From IMG/VR virus record IMGVR_UViG_3300031963_000086: a DNA stretch of 64,000 bases, one strand, 5' to 3'. The stretch is from an uncultured virus (IMG/VR IMGVR_UViG_3300031963_000086) (lineage: Duplodnaviria > Heunggongvirae > Uroviricota > Caudoviricetes). Each line of letters starts with the position of its first letter. The first letter of the stretch is position 1. The translations under genes and the position numbers were made by a program. Below the pieces are notes generated by a model that was not told the origin of the DNA, did not search any database, and was given only the letters and a program-made list of their open reading frames with translations. Of this stretch, positions 55,301-62,979 are shown in pieces.

Positions 55301-57815
55301 CCGTTGCTTTGTTGATTGCTTTGATTCCGCCTTCGGAATGTCTACGACCTACTAAATATCCACCCGCTTTTCCCATCGTGTGTTTTACTTCTTTGTCCAT
55401 ATTACTTAAATTACCACGAATATCCTTATTTTTTGCGACTACTTCGCCACCTTGCTCATACTTCAATAAGTCATCGTCTTGAATATATGCGCTTTTAACC
55501 TTCACGCCCGCCTTCTTCAACAAGAATTTATTCAACCTTGCCAAGCCCCACGCTTGTCGTGAATTAGGCGCACCGCCACCGATAGTTGGTCGATGCGATT
55601 TTGAATATGCCCCCATACCTCTACGAACCACCGCTTTTGCGGTTGACAAACTAACCTTGTCGCTTGGGTGCTTTTCATTGTATTCATCAACCTTGTTCTC
55701 AATGGCTTTTTCTAGCGCATCGTTGAACTTAATTGATTTAGCATTTTGACTATCGCTTGCGCTTCCTTTGGTGTTGGTTTTGCTACCATACCTTCTATCG
55801 GATGCGGGTGCGGGTGTTTGTGCTATTGTGCGACCGCCTTTGTCAAATCTAATATCGGGGTTGCCACTATCAAATGTGGTATTCGTTCCATCGGCAAGTT
55901 TAATTTGGTTTGGTTCAAAAACGCCATAATTTAAGTTAGGTTTTGATTGATTGTTGACTTGTTCGTATGTAATAAATCCATTGTAATTGTTTGATTTTAA
56001 ATAATCTTGCATTACTTCTAACTCTACGACCCCCCAACTTGAATCGGTTTTAGTTAATATGTAAAATAAAAAATCTTCATCCGACATATTACTATCATAT
56101 TTAGATTTCCATTCATCCAAGCCATCCAAATAATTGTACTCTATAAAATCTTGTACTACACTTTCGTTAAAAATAGAACGAATCTTTTTTGACTCACTTA
56201 TTGAAAGTGATTTCGGGTCAAACAATTTAATGGCTTTTAGGAAAAATGGTTTGACACTACCCGTGGTAAAAGTATATCTTTTAGCGTGTTCATATCCTTT
56301 TGAAAAGAAAAACGCTTTGACATTTTCCTCGTCAATCGCATCTAAGTCAAACTCGTAAAATTCTTGGGTATATTTTGTCCCGTGATAAACCACCATTGGC
56401 TCACCATTTTCATCCACTACCTTACTTGCGGTTTTTGGGTCGTTTTCCCAATCTCCAAACCACGCCTTAAATTCGCGTGTACGCACTAACTTGTATTGTT
56501 CGGGCGTTAAGTTACTTTCCTTTCCGTTGGGTGCAATTAAACCACCCTTATCAAATCTAATATCGGGGTTGTTCACGACCTTGTAAAAATCATTGTTGCC
56601 CTCACATATTTCATATCCGTTACTTTGTAGCCAATTTTTAATCATAGCAACATCATCCAAATTTGATTCTATTGAATCATCTTTTGAAAAAGATGCTTTT
56701 TGTGTAATATGACCAAACATTACATCGTGTCCATTTTCTATAGCAAAATCATTCAGATACTTCAAAACCTTTTTACCAATACCTTTTAATCTTTGATTTT
56801 CGGAAATAAATATAGTTTGAATGTACAAAGGATTTTCGGATTTAAGCCCATACAAATTTGCGTGTTTAGGTGTGGTTGGATATACTTTAAGTTCAATTTC
56901 ACCTTGGTCTATTAAATTTTCTATTTCCCCACCTTTGGCAAACCGAATATCGGGATTGTTGCCATCAAAGGTTGTGTTACTACCATCGGCTAACTTGATT
57001 TCATTTGGAGATAGCGCAATAAACGATTTGCCTTTCCCCTCGTATTTGTTGTTGTACACAAACCCGACCGAACTACCATATTTTGATTTAATGTAGTCCC
57101 TAATGATAGCATTATCTTCTCGACTATATAAAGATAAAAACCCTTTTTGTTTTGCAACTTTTTCTTCAATAATGTTATCGGATATTAACTCATCAATATA
57201 TCGTTGTGGATATTGCCATTCTCCCGCATCACTCATTTCAAATAAAACTCTTATGTTTAGGAAAAATGAATTGACGATTGATTTTCTTTTTGGCAAAACT
57301 CCTTTACTTTCTACTCTATTTTTTGCTTGTTCTTTCGTGCCAAAATGAAAACCTAAATCCGCTTTTTGGTAATCAAATATATCAAAGTTGGTTTCAACAA
57401 TAGCCCCATGATGTACCACCAATGGCTCACCATTCTCATCCACTACCTTACTCGCATTTTTTGGGTCGTTTTCCCAATCGCCAAACCACGCCTTAAATTT
57501 GGGTGTGCGAACTAAATGCCATTGTTCGTGTGTTAGGTTACTTGGTTTCCCGTTGGGTGCTAAATGCTTTGACATATCACCACCTAAGTGCATTTTCTCA
57601 ATGTTATCCAATCGGTCATAATAGTCGGGGAACTCTACCAAGTGGTCAAGTGCTATTCGCCTTGCTTCGGCAACGCTCTCGGTGTGTTCAAGTTCGTGTT
57701 TAATACCCTTTTTTAATTGGTGCTTTAATTGCTCGGCATTCATATTGTGTAGTTTTGCTACTTGAGCCAAAGTCATGCCCTCGCTTTTGCCCCCTTTTAA
57801 GTATTTATTTACCAT
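52359..57815 (-). CDS. Giant polyvalent protein (1818 aa): DUF5661-like N-terminus, three ADP-ribosyltransferase-like modules, GNAT, other modules, >=11 [MFY]xxGG linkers
   Basis: FKAWFGD..SKVVDENGEP.VV.HG..F..FL..IK modules; QRLKGIGKKVL GNAT motif; ELEHT..IALDHL.E.PDYY. Confidence 0.75.
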   Translation of the reverse strand: MVNKYLKGGKSEGMTLAQVAKLHNMNAEQLKHQLKKGIKHELEHTESVAEARRIALDHLVEFPDYYDRLDNIEKMHLGGDMSKHLAPNGKPSNLTHEQWHLVRTPKFKAWFGDWENDPKNASKVVDENGEPLVVHHGAIVETNFDIFDYQKADLGFHFGTKEQAKNRVESKGVLPKRKSIVNSFFLNIRVLFEMSDAGEWQYPQRYIDELISDNIIEEKVAKQKGFLSLYSREDNAIIRDYIKSKYGSSVGFVYNNKYEGKGKSFIALSPNEIKLADGSNTTFDGNNPDIRFAKGGEIENLIDQGEIELKVYPTTPKHANLYGLKSENPLYIQTIFISENQRLKGIGKKVLKYLNDFAIENGHDVMFGHITQKASFSKDDSIESNLDDVAMIKNWLQSNGYEICEGNNDFYKVVNNPDIRFDKGGLIAPNGKESNLTPEQYKLVRTREFKAWFGDWENDPKTASKVVDENGEPMVVYHGTKYTQEFYEFDLDAIDEENVKAFFFSKGYEHAKRYTFTTGSVKPFFLKAIKLFDPKSLSISESKKIRSIFNESVVQDFIEYNYLDGLDEWKSKYDSNMSDEDFLFYILTKTDSSWGVVELEVMQDYLKSNNYNGFITYEQVNNQSKPNLNYGVFEPNQIKLADGTNTTFDSGNPDIRFDKGGRTIAQTPAPASDRRYGSKTNTKGSASDSQNAKSIKFNDALEKAIENKVDEYNEKHPSDKVSLSTAKAVVRRGMGAYSKSHRPTIGGGAPNSRQAWGLARLNKFLLKKAGVKVKSAYIQDDDLLKYEQGGEVVAKNKDIRGNLSNMDKEVKHTMGKAGGYLVGRRHSEGGIKAINKATGQPLEMEGGEVVITRNAVSDGTTREFEGEMLTNREILSRINQSGGGVSFEDGGEIMASGNQYNYGGRMMSDHDILSEMALGGELDEMGEMDEIEFEYGGDVTDFKLKNKIVFPTKGVEEFYYVNIFDNPEDLQIFRAEIYNKYSGRPVFKRFTKWSKLEFVAKTSYQYYNRKDFLTLIEPQDTSATYGSPRTFSQIPKKSMLIPRMQGTMAMYDRFTAILDNGLQSVPSQYNTDTRTKFEWLVSNRDFQNQILEFFNEYEALEPNFVYQEGVKKKVTRAKKEDKFQYGVKSLKFGSSYDIKAYNNKLVKNDGNNSLVDLISKIVREYYTTDINNPNAPFYEDRYLDIPVKELVTIQKNTGIEMSFDPRIGMRNLEMITSQPSRTLLLNKKQQYGVPKLIIDRVENLGGANILYYLFDKMGYQFYNDPTTWKKWFESGIIDFNIKLSIDDYCRVVGYLLARFCNENDFPIIRPIYNIDEEPMMIEDVKMVLDFDDFELKIYEGTIWYNWLMVSVLYYRANYVSQTSKAKGSMEVRIEQNLKVGDKVEISEQEMQIVGFQGRDENLDLLRGEVIGIRSVPAMKRPANPEGNMYTIRYFVPDKVGELKGEWEAKDLVLLEASDVVELEKPQEVQSKKPPVGKNKKPLGNKSELDKNIYDLQYLISITSDFDFEVKMKLRQQLTEFQKLKDIIYATENSQDLIKSSSANYDGKYAMAIIQTMLDADSVTLRDRPDFTPPYGDGFQPNGQETLLDKYNYDLAQTTIFKEWFGDFASAYDFKGLSGYDNIVPVSKVMTEGYEPLVVYQGLGRAFERERFDSFPTSYFAVNPDYAEWFATIKGQRNATQGYVLPFFLNIRNPLDMTYFGIDKIEPKDFFDYLFVKTGQTAEQLGFDARFLQPNVPPMEVWAYIRNSPRAIEAIKAQGVYDGFHFYENNPQATGNQYQTEVWTTFFPNQTKLASNQRSKMLYSANQGFLMAKGGLINK

Positions 57816-58018
57816 CGGATTTTACTTGATATTGCTAAATTTTGTTTTCAATTATATATGTTTATCAACAATGATTATCTCTTGTAAATCAATTACATAC
57901 TATGCTAATTAATTTATCAACATCAAAATAATTGACAATAAGATAAAATCATAGTGCAAGTTAGTTATTGTTTGAGCATATTTGTATGTCAAATATAAAT
58001 CATTTGACACAAACTAAA

Positions 58019-58123
58019 ATGACAGGTTTCTTAGACATCAAATCTCCTAATTTCCTTGGCGGTACTAACGTACACTCTTTGGTTATTATCGGATTGCTCG
58101 GCTACATCATCTACAAGAAGTAA
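58019..58123 (+). CDS. 34-aa single-TM protein (MTGFLDIKSPNFLGGTNVHSLVIIGLLGYIIYKK), not in the ORF track
   Basis: Manually translated; A-rich leader and its own terminator. Confidence 0.7.
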   Translation: MTGFLDIKSPNFLGGTNVHSLVIIGLLGYIIYKK

Positions 58124-58169
58124 TTCTTGTTAGGGATGTTTGTCTGCGCAAACCCAAGATTGGGAAGTC

Positions 58170-58201
58170 GGGCGATACGGAATGTGTCGCCCTTTTCTTT
58201 T
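58170..58201 (+). terminator. Intrinsic terminator
   Basis: GGGCGATAC/GTGTCGCCC stem plus TTTTCTTTT. Confidence 0.75.
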
Positions 58202-58320
58202 ATACGAAAAAAGGGAGTCCAACACCCCCCTTTATTCGATATTAAGAAATGATTAATTTATCCAAACAGTACATGGAACTTTGAATCCCCAAGTGATTCG
58301 GGTTATTGTTGGCTAACCTT

Positions 58321-58394
58321 TGGTGCGGGGGTAGAAATCGAATCTACTACCTCGTGGTTATGAGCCACGGATGCAACCATTACACCACCCCGCA
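58321..58394 (-). tRNA. tRNA-Met(CAT), initiator-like acceptor stem
   Basis: Cloverleaf: TGCGGGG/CCCCGCA acceptor, CGTGG-CTCATAA-CCACG anticodon arm, GTAGA-TTCGATT-TCTAC T-arm. Confidence 0.9.
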
Positions 58395-58401
58395 CTCTTA
58401 T

Positions 58402-59169
58402 TTAGAAGAAACGCAATTTCTCGCCCCTCTCCTTAAAGTTGTATATTTCCTCCAACAAAGTTAAGTAACCTTTCGTATCGGTGCAATCAACTAATTTAGT
58501 TTGTTGGTATTGCAACTTTGCGACAAGTTGTTTGAAGTCGAATTGACGATTTGAATACAACTTGGAAAGCGCATTGATAAAAGACCTCCGCTTTACGCCA
58601 CCATACATCGGTTCTATTTGTTTAACCCAACCCGCCACAACCGCACCTCTTCCTTTATTTGGCAAGGTCATTTTACCATCCATAATGTTTTGCGCTTTGT
58701 CACCACCCATGTTTGAAAGTAATTGTACGGAGTTTGTCATTCCCAATTTGTGTTCCTTGATAAAAGAACGCAAGAATAAATACTCTTCTTTGCCCATGTC
58801 GCAATAGCCATCTACATAGTCCTCCAATCTCCAATTTTTCATATTGGCGTTTAACATTTGTACCTCGCGCAAACCATACCCAACCTTGAGTATGTAATGA
58901 ATTGGCTTTTTGAGTTCTTTGCACACCTCAAATCGGTGTTGGCCATCAATAATCTCAAAGTTTTCATTCACCAAAATTGGATTGGTTTCGGTCAAATCCG
59001 TTTCGGCAATTGACTTTTTCAACCTCTCTTGGTGCATTTTGTTGAGTTGGCGGTTTCCTTGAATAAAAGAAAACCTTTCGTAGTTGGTGGTGCGGTAAAC
59101 TTGGCTTACCACAACATCCCGCACTTGAGTACCTTCCGTTCTCATTGGTGCATCTTCTTGGTTTAACAT
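58402..59169 (-). CDS. ParB/Srx-like N-terminal domain protein
   Basis: GNR, NPILVNENFEIIDGQHRF; TACCTTTG box at 59192-59199. Confidence 0.8.
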   Translation of the reverse strand: MLNQEDAPMRTEGTQVRDVVVSQVYRTTNYERFSFIQGNRQLNKMHQERLKKSIAETDLTETNPILVNENFEIIDGQHRFEVCKELKKPIHYILKVGYGLREVQMLNANMKNWRLEDYVDGYCDMGKEEYLFLRSFIKEHKLGMTNSVQLLSNMGGDKAQNIMDGKMTLPNKGRGAVVAGWVKQIEPMYGGVKRRSFINALSKLYSNRQFDFKQLVAKLQYQQTKLVDCTDTKGYLTLLEEIYNFKERGEKLRFF

Positions 59170-59258
59170 ATTGAATATTTGTTTGACAATTCAAAGGTAA
59201 TGTTATCTCTAAAAATAACAAGAACTTTTTGAAAAAACTTTGTGAATGACCGATTCCT

Positions 59259-59402
59259 TTATTCTATGGTCGCATTATAGAACGAATTGTACATTGGTCG
59301 CTTCTCTTTTATCTTTTCACAAGCCTCTTCGTAGGTATTGGCTTTTACCAAAACCAAGTTGGTGGGGCTATCAACCCCACAACCTATTAAATAGTAGTTC
59401 AT
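59259..59402 (-). CDS. 47-aa hypothetical protein (MNYYLIGCG...), not in the ORF track
   Basis: ATGA overlap with the glycosyltransferase stop. Confidence 0.45.
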   Translation of the reverse strand: MNYYLIGCGVDSPTNLVLVKANTYEEACEKIKEKRPMYNSFYNATIE

Positions 59403-60661
59403 AATTTGAGCAATCGTTTAATTGACAATTTCCATTGGTCGGCAATCTTATCCCAATTGTACTCCGCAAACTTATGCTCGTAATTTTTAATACTCACCTT
59501 ACGCGTGGCACTATCTTTCCAAGCGTTTATCATTTGTTCGCAAACGCTTTTTGGGTGCAATACCAACCGCACATTCTCGGCATCTTCTATTTGAAAGTGA
59601 GGCACTAGGTCATTTACGATATAAACCAAATCGCCATTATCGGTTATCTCGGTCAAAGAGGTGTGGTTGCCACAAATAATTGGCAAACCTACGCTCATCG
59701 CTTCGGTGATGGTCAATCCCCACCCTTCGGCCGTGGTCGTAGACACGAAACAATCCAAACAATTGTACACCTCATTCATCTCTTGAGTCGAATAGGAGTT
59801 GCTATTGTATTTGTCCTCTATCGGCAAAAACACATCCTTGCCAATTACCAATCCAAGTCGCTCACACGCTACATACACTTTAATGCCCGTTTTGTCGGAG
59901 TGATAACAATGCAAGTATAATCCAACTTTTGATGGTCGGTTGGGGGTTACGGGTTGGCTCTCAAACCATTGCTTAAATTCCGCAAACGCTAACAAGGTTG
60001 TACCGATGTCTTTGCGCGGTTGGTTCTTATTGATGTTTCCGAATACAAACATATCTTGAGGGATGTCGTATTTGGCTCTCAATGATTGTTTATCAAACAA
60101 TGGTTGAAACTCGTATCTATCCATTCCGTGCGGGATAATACCAATTTTCATTTTGCGGTTATTAACTTTTTGAAATGCTTTTTCCGCTTCCCTACGCCCA
60201 TAATCGGTGTAAGTGAACACTTCATCCCATACATCCAAATCTTTGAAATATCGCGCAAAGGGTACGCTATCAATCGGGGTGTACATCAACATTTTGAACT
60301 CCTTTTGTTTTTGGAATTGCTTTTGTTGACGGACATGGCGTAAGATTGGCGACATCGGCCCAAGTACGGGTACATCATTCATAGCCCACAATAGGTCGTA
60401 ATCGCCCACTTGCAACATTTTTAACACACCATCGCGATAATAGTAATCCTCTTCGTTACGCGCAAACATACGCGGGTTAACGGCCATGATTTGCTCGTTA
60501 TACACTTCGCTTTGGCGGTTTCCAAAATTCAAACACGCTACATCTACTTCTACGCCCACCCGCTTGAACCAAGGTGTCAATCTATCCATTACGTTGTGGG
60601 AAACAGTTCCGAAGCCCGTAGGACACATAAAGTCCATGTACGCTAATATCTTTTTTGTCAT
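59399..60661 (-). CDS. GT4-family glycosyltransferase
   Basis: PTGFG.V, IPHG, N.NQPRK, EGWGL..TEAM..G.P. Confidence 0.85.
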   Translation of the reverse strand: MTKKILAYMDFMCPTGFGTVSHNVMDRLTPWFKRVGVEVDVACLNFGNRQSEVYNEQIMAVNPRMFARNEEDYYYRDGVLKMLQVGDYDLLWAMNDVPVLGPMSPILRHVRQQKQFQKQKEFKMLMYTPIDSVPFARYFKDLDVWDEVFTYTDYGRREAEKAFQKVNNRKMKIGIIPHGMDRYEFQPLFDKQSLRAKYDIPQDMFVFGNINKNQPRKDIGTTLLAFAEFKQWFESQPVTPNRPSKVGLYLHCYHSDKTGIKVYVACERLGLVIGKDVFLPIEDKYNSNSYSTQEMNEVYNCLDCFVSTTTAEGWGLTITEAMSVGLPIICGNHTSLTEITDNGDLVYIVNDLVPHFQIEDAENVRLVLHPKSVCEQMINAWKDSATRKVSIKNYEHKFAEYNWDKIADQWKLSIKRLLKL

Positions 60662-60665
60662 ATGT

Positions 60666-61727
60666 CTATTGTAATATTGTATTGTAAATATTCTCTGCTA
60701 CTGATTTCATCATCAAAGGAGGTACACTTCTTCCTAACCTTTCCCATTGTTGCGCATAATTCCCCGTCAATATGTAATCTTTGGGAAACGAGCATATCAC
60801 TTTCAACTCATCAATCGTGAACCTATTTGTATCATCCGACTTCATTTTGCTGATTTCCATGTCGGTTTTATCATCGTAAAAACCTTTCCGCTTTATTCGA
60901 TAAACTCTTGTAGCACCTAATCCCCTTGTTAGTATTGTAAAAGAAACATCATCTAGTCCAAGCGTAGTTATTTGCCCCCATTTAGCAAACCCATCACTAC
61001 ATATCATTTTTTCAATTTCGCCTCCAAATGCCTTTCCCAAGGTATTAATTTCTTGATTGGGTTTCGGGAATGATATTTTCTTTTCTAGGTCATTCCTTAC
61101 TCCAATAAATATTGTCCTTTCCCGCGATTGGGGAACATTGTAATTTTTGGCATTTAAAACCATAAAGCGAACATTGTAGCCACAATTTACAAGCGAGTGG
61201 TAAATGGTGCTATCTTGACTATCAAACATATCAAATTGGTCACTACCCAACAACTTACTTGATGCCCCTTGGGTTAATCCCTTCACATTTTCAGCAACAA
61301 AAACTTTGGGTTGAATCTCTTTCAACAATCGTGCAAATTCAAAAAACAAGTCATCTACCCTTTGCTCGGTGCTTGAGTATTTTTTCACTTGCCCCCACAT
61401 TTTCTCTTTTTTACCCGCAGTTGAAAATGATGCGCATGGCGGTGAACCATCCAATATATCCAACTCACCACGCTTTAATCCGATTTGGTTTAATATCATA
61501 TCCCCCGTCAATTCACGAATGTCTTGTTTGAAAATATGAGTATCGGGATAGTTGGCTTGGTAGGTGTCTTGCGCTTCTTGTAAAAATTCATTAATCGCCA
61601 ACACTTTGCCTCCCGCAAGTTTGTAACCCGTACTACTACCACCCGCCCCCGCGAATAAACTAACGACATTGAATAACTCCTTTTGAGATTGTTCATGTAC
61701 CAATCTCATATCGTAGTTCGTGTTCAT
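60666..61727 (-). CDS. C5-cytosine DNA methyltransferase fold; predicted carboxymethyltransferase
   Basis: FAGAGG (I), GSPPC (IV), ENV (VI), QSRER (VIII); motif X is GRSVPP instead of GN(S/A)VPP. Confidence 0.85.
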   Translation of the reverse strand: MNTNYDMRLVHEQSQKELFNVVSLFAGAGGSSTGYKLAGGKVLAINEFLQEAQDTYQANYPDTHIFKQDIRELTGDMILNQIGLKRGELDILDGSPPCASFSTAGKKEKMWGQVKKYSSTEQRVDDLFFEFARLLKEIQPKVFVAENVKGLTQGASSKLLGSDQFDMFDSQDSTIYHSLVNCGYNVRFMVLNAKNYNVPQSRERTIFIGVRNDLEKKISFPKPNQEINTLGKAFGGEIEKMICSDGFAKWGQITTLGLDDVSFTILTRGLGATRVYRIKRKGFYDDKTDMEISKMKSDDTNRFTIDELKVICSFPKDYILTGNYAQQWERLGRSVPPLMMKSVAENIYNTILQ

Positions 61728-61972
61728 AATTCCGTTTGGATTTCTACTGAATCCGTGTGTATTCTTAAATAAAGAGATGTGCCGAACATTCCAAGGGTGT
61801 TGTTGTATTTCTTTTTTGTCAACTCGAATGCCTCCTTGTTTTCATAGGGCTTATTGGTTGCATCTTTAACGATGCCAATACGCTTTGATAATTTCCTACG
61901 CTCGTTTAATAATTGAATAATTTGGTCATCAATTTCACTCAATTCGTTTCGCAATATTTCTAAACTTTCCAT
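61724..61972 (-). CDS. Chorismate mutase (AroQ, type II)
   Basis: LEILRNELSEIDDQIIQLLNERRKLSKRIGIVK. Confidence 0.75.
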   Translation of the reverse strand: MESLEILRNELSEIDDQIIQLLNERRKLSKRIGIVKDATNKPYENKEAFELTKKKYNNTLGMFGTSLYLRIHTDSVEIQTEL

Positions 61973-61973
61973 A

Positions 61974-62624
61974 TTATTTAACCGCTAAGTAACCAATGAA
62001 ATTAAAAGATTGCCAAAAGGTCGTAACCTTTTCAAAACCCGCATCTTTGAGCATCTTTAAAATCTCGACATTTGTATTTGGCTTCATGATTGAGCGCAAA
62101 TCTTTTTCTTTTGAATAAATTGTCGATGGAGAAAAGTTATTCTCTTTATAATCGTAGTGACTGAATGAAAAAACCTCTTGAAACCACCCATGCTTTTGAT
62201 AGATTTTTTCGCATAAAAACAATGCCCCGCCATCTACAAGCCCTTCATAAATGGTTTCCAAATAATTACTCCTTTCACTCTTTTTAAGAAATTGCATGGT
62301 GAAAATACTATACACTATACACGCATCATCTATATCCCAAAAATTTGTATTCAAATCTTCGCTAAGAAAAGATATTGGTTCATCATTGTCCTTTGGTAGC
62401 AAGTTTATACTTAGGTCAATACCTACCTTGGAGTTTTCATAAGGTAATGACTTCAATAATTTGCCCGTAGAACAACCAAGGTCATAAATTGTGGTGTCTT
62501 CCACTACAAAATAAGAACTCATACTATGAATCATATTCCATAGAATATCGTAGTTAGGTATAGATTGGAGAATGTGTTGGTCGAAATCTTGAATTGTATC
62601 AAAACTGAATTTTTCGTTTGTCAT
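61974..62624 (-). CDS. cmoA: CmoA-like carboxy-S-adenosylmethionine synthase
   Basis: FSFD...FD.HI..SIP.Y, YDLGCSTG, FTMQFL...R, L..GG.L.L.EK, AGF....FWQ.FNF....A.K. Confidence 0.8.
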   Translation of the reverse strand: MTNEKFSFDTIQDFDQHILQSIPNYDILWNMIHSMSSYFVVEDTTIYDLGCSTGKLLKSLPYENSKVGIDLSINLLPKDNDEPISFLSEDLNTNFWDIDDACIVYSIFTMQFLKKSERSNYLETIYEGLVDGGALFLCEKIYQKHGWFQEVFSFSHYDYKENNFSPSTIYSKEKDLRSIMKPNTNVEILKMLKDAGFEKVTTFWQSFNFIGYLAVK

Positions 62625-62644
62625 AATCTAGGGAGGGGTAATAT

Positions 62645-62944
62645 TTACAACATTTGGATTTTGGGTTTTGCTTCCGCGTTCTCTAGCGGAAACTTTTGGG
62701 CTTGAACTTCGCAAGTTTGAATGAACACCAACTTGCCATCGTTTTCCAACGCAATCAACGCGCGGGTGCAATGTGTTGTGCAATGCTCGTAGACGGGTAC
62801 AAAATCTCCCGTTAGTTGGTTTGGTATAATGTTAGCACCTACTTTATGGCACTTGCAAGGCTGACCATCCTTGAGTAACATTTTACCTCCTTTGATTGTG
62901 TTGTACTCTCCTATTGAGTATTTATGAATATATTCTAGTGACAT
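62645..62944 (-). CDS. Hypothetical Cys/His-containing protein
   Basis: 99-aa ORF after a TATATTTG box at 62950-62957. Confidence 0.6.
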   Translation of the reverse strand: MSLEYIHKYSIGEYNTIKGGKMLLKDGQPCKCHKVGANIIPNQLTGDFVPVYEHCTTHCTRALIALENDGKLVFIQTCEVQAQKFPLENAEAKPKIQML

Positions 62945-62979
62945 ATATGCAAATATAGATTATTTTCAAAAATAACAAA

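Noticed and set aside
55240..55370. Tape-measure protein (HSEGGI...EGGEVVI motif)
   Set aside because: The motif is one short module in the polyvalent protein; no long helical repeat region or tail genes nearby
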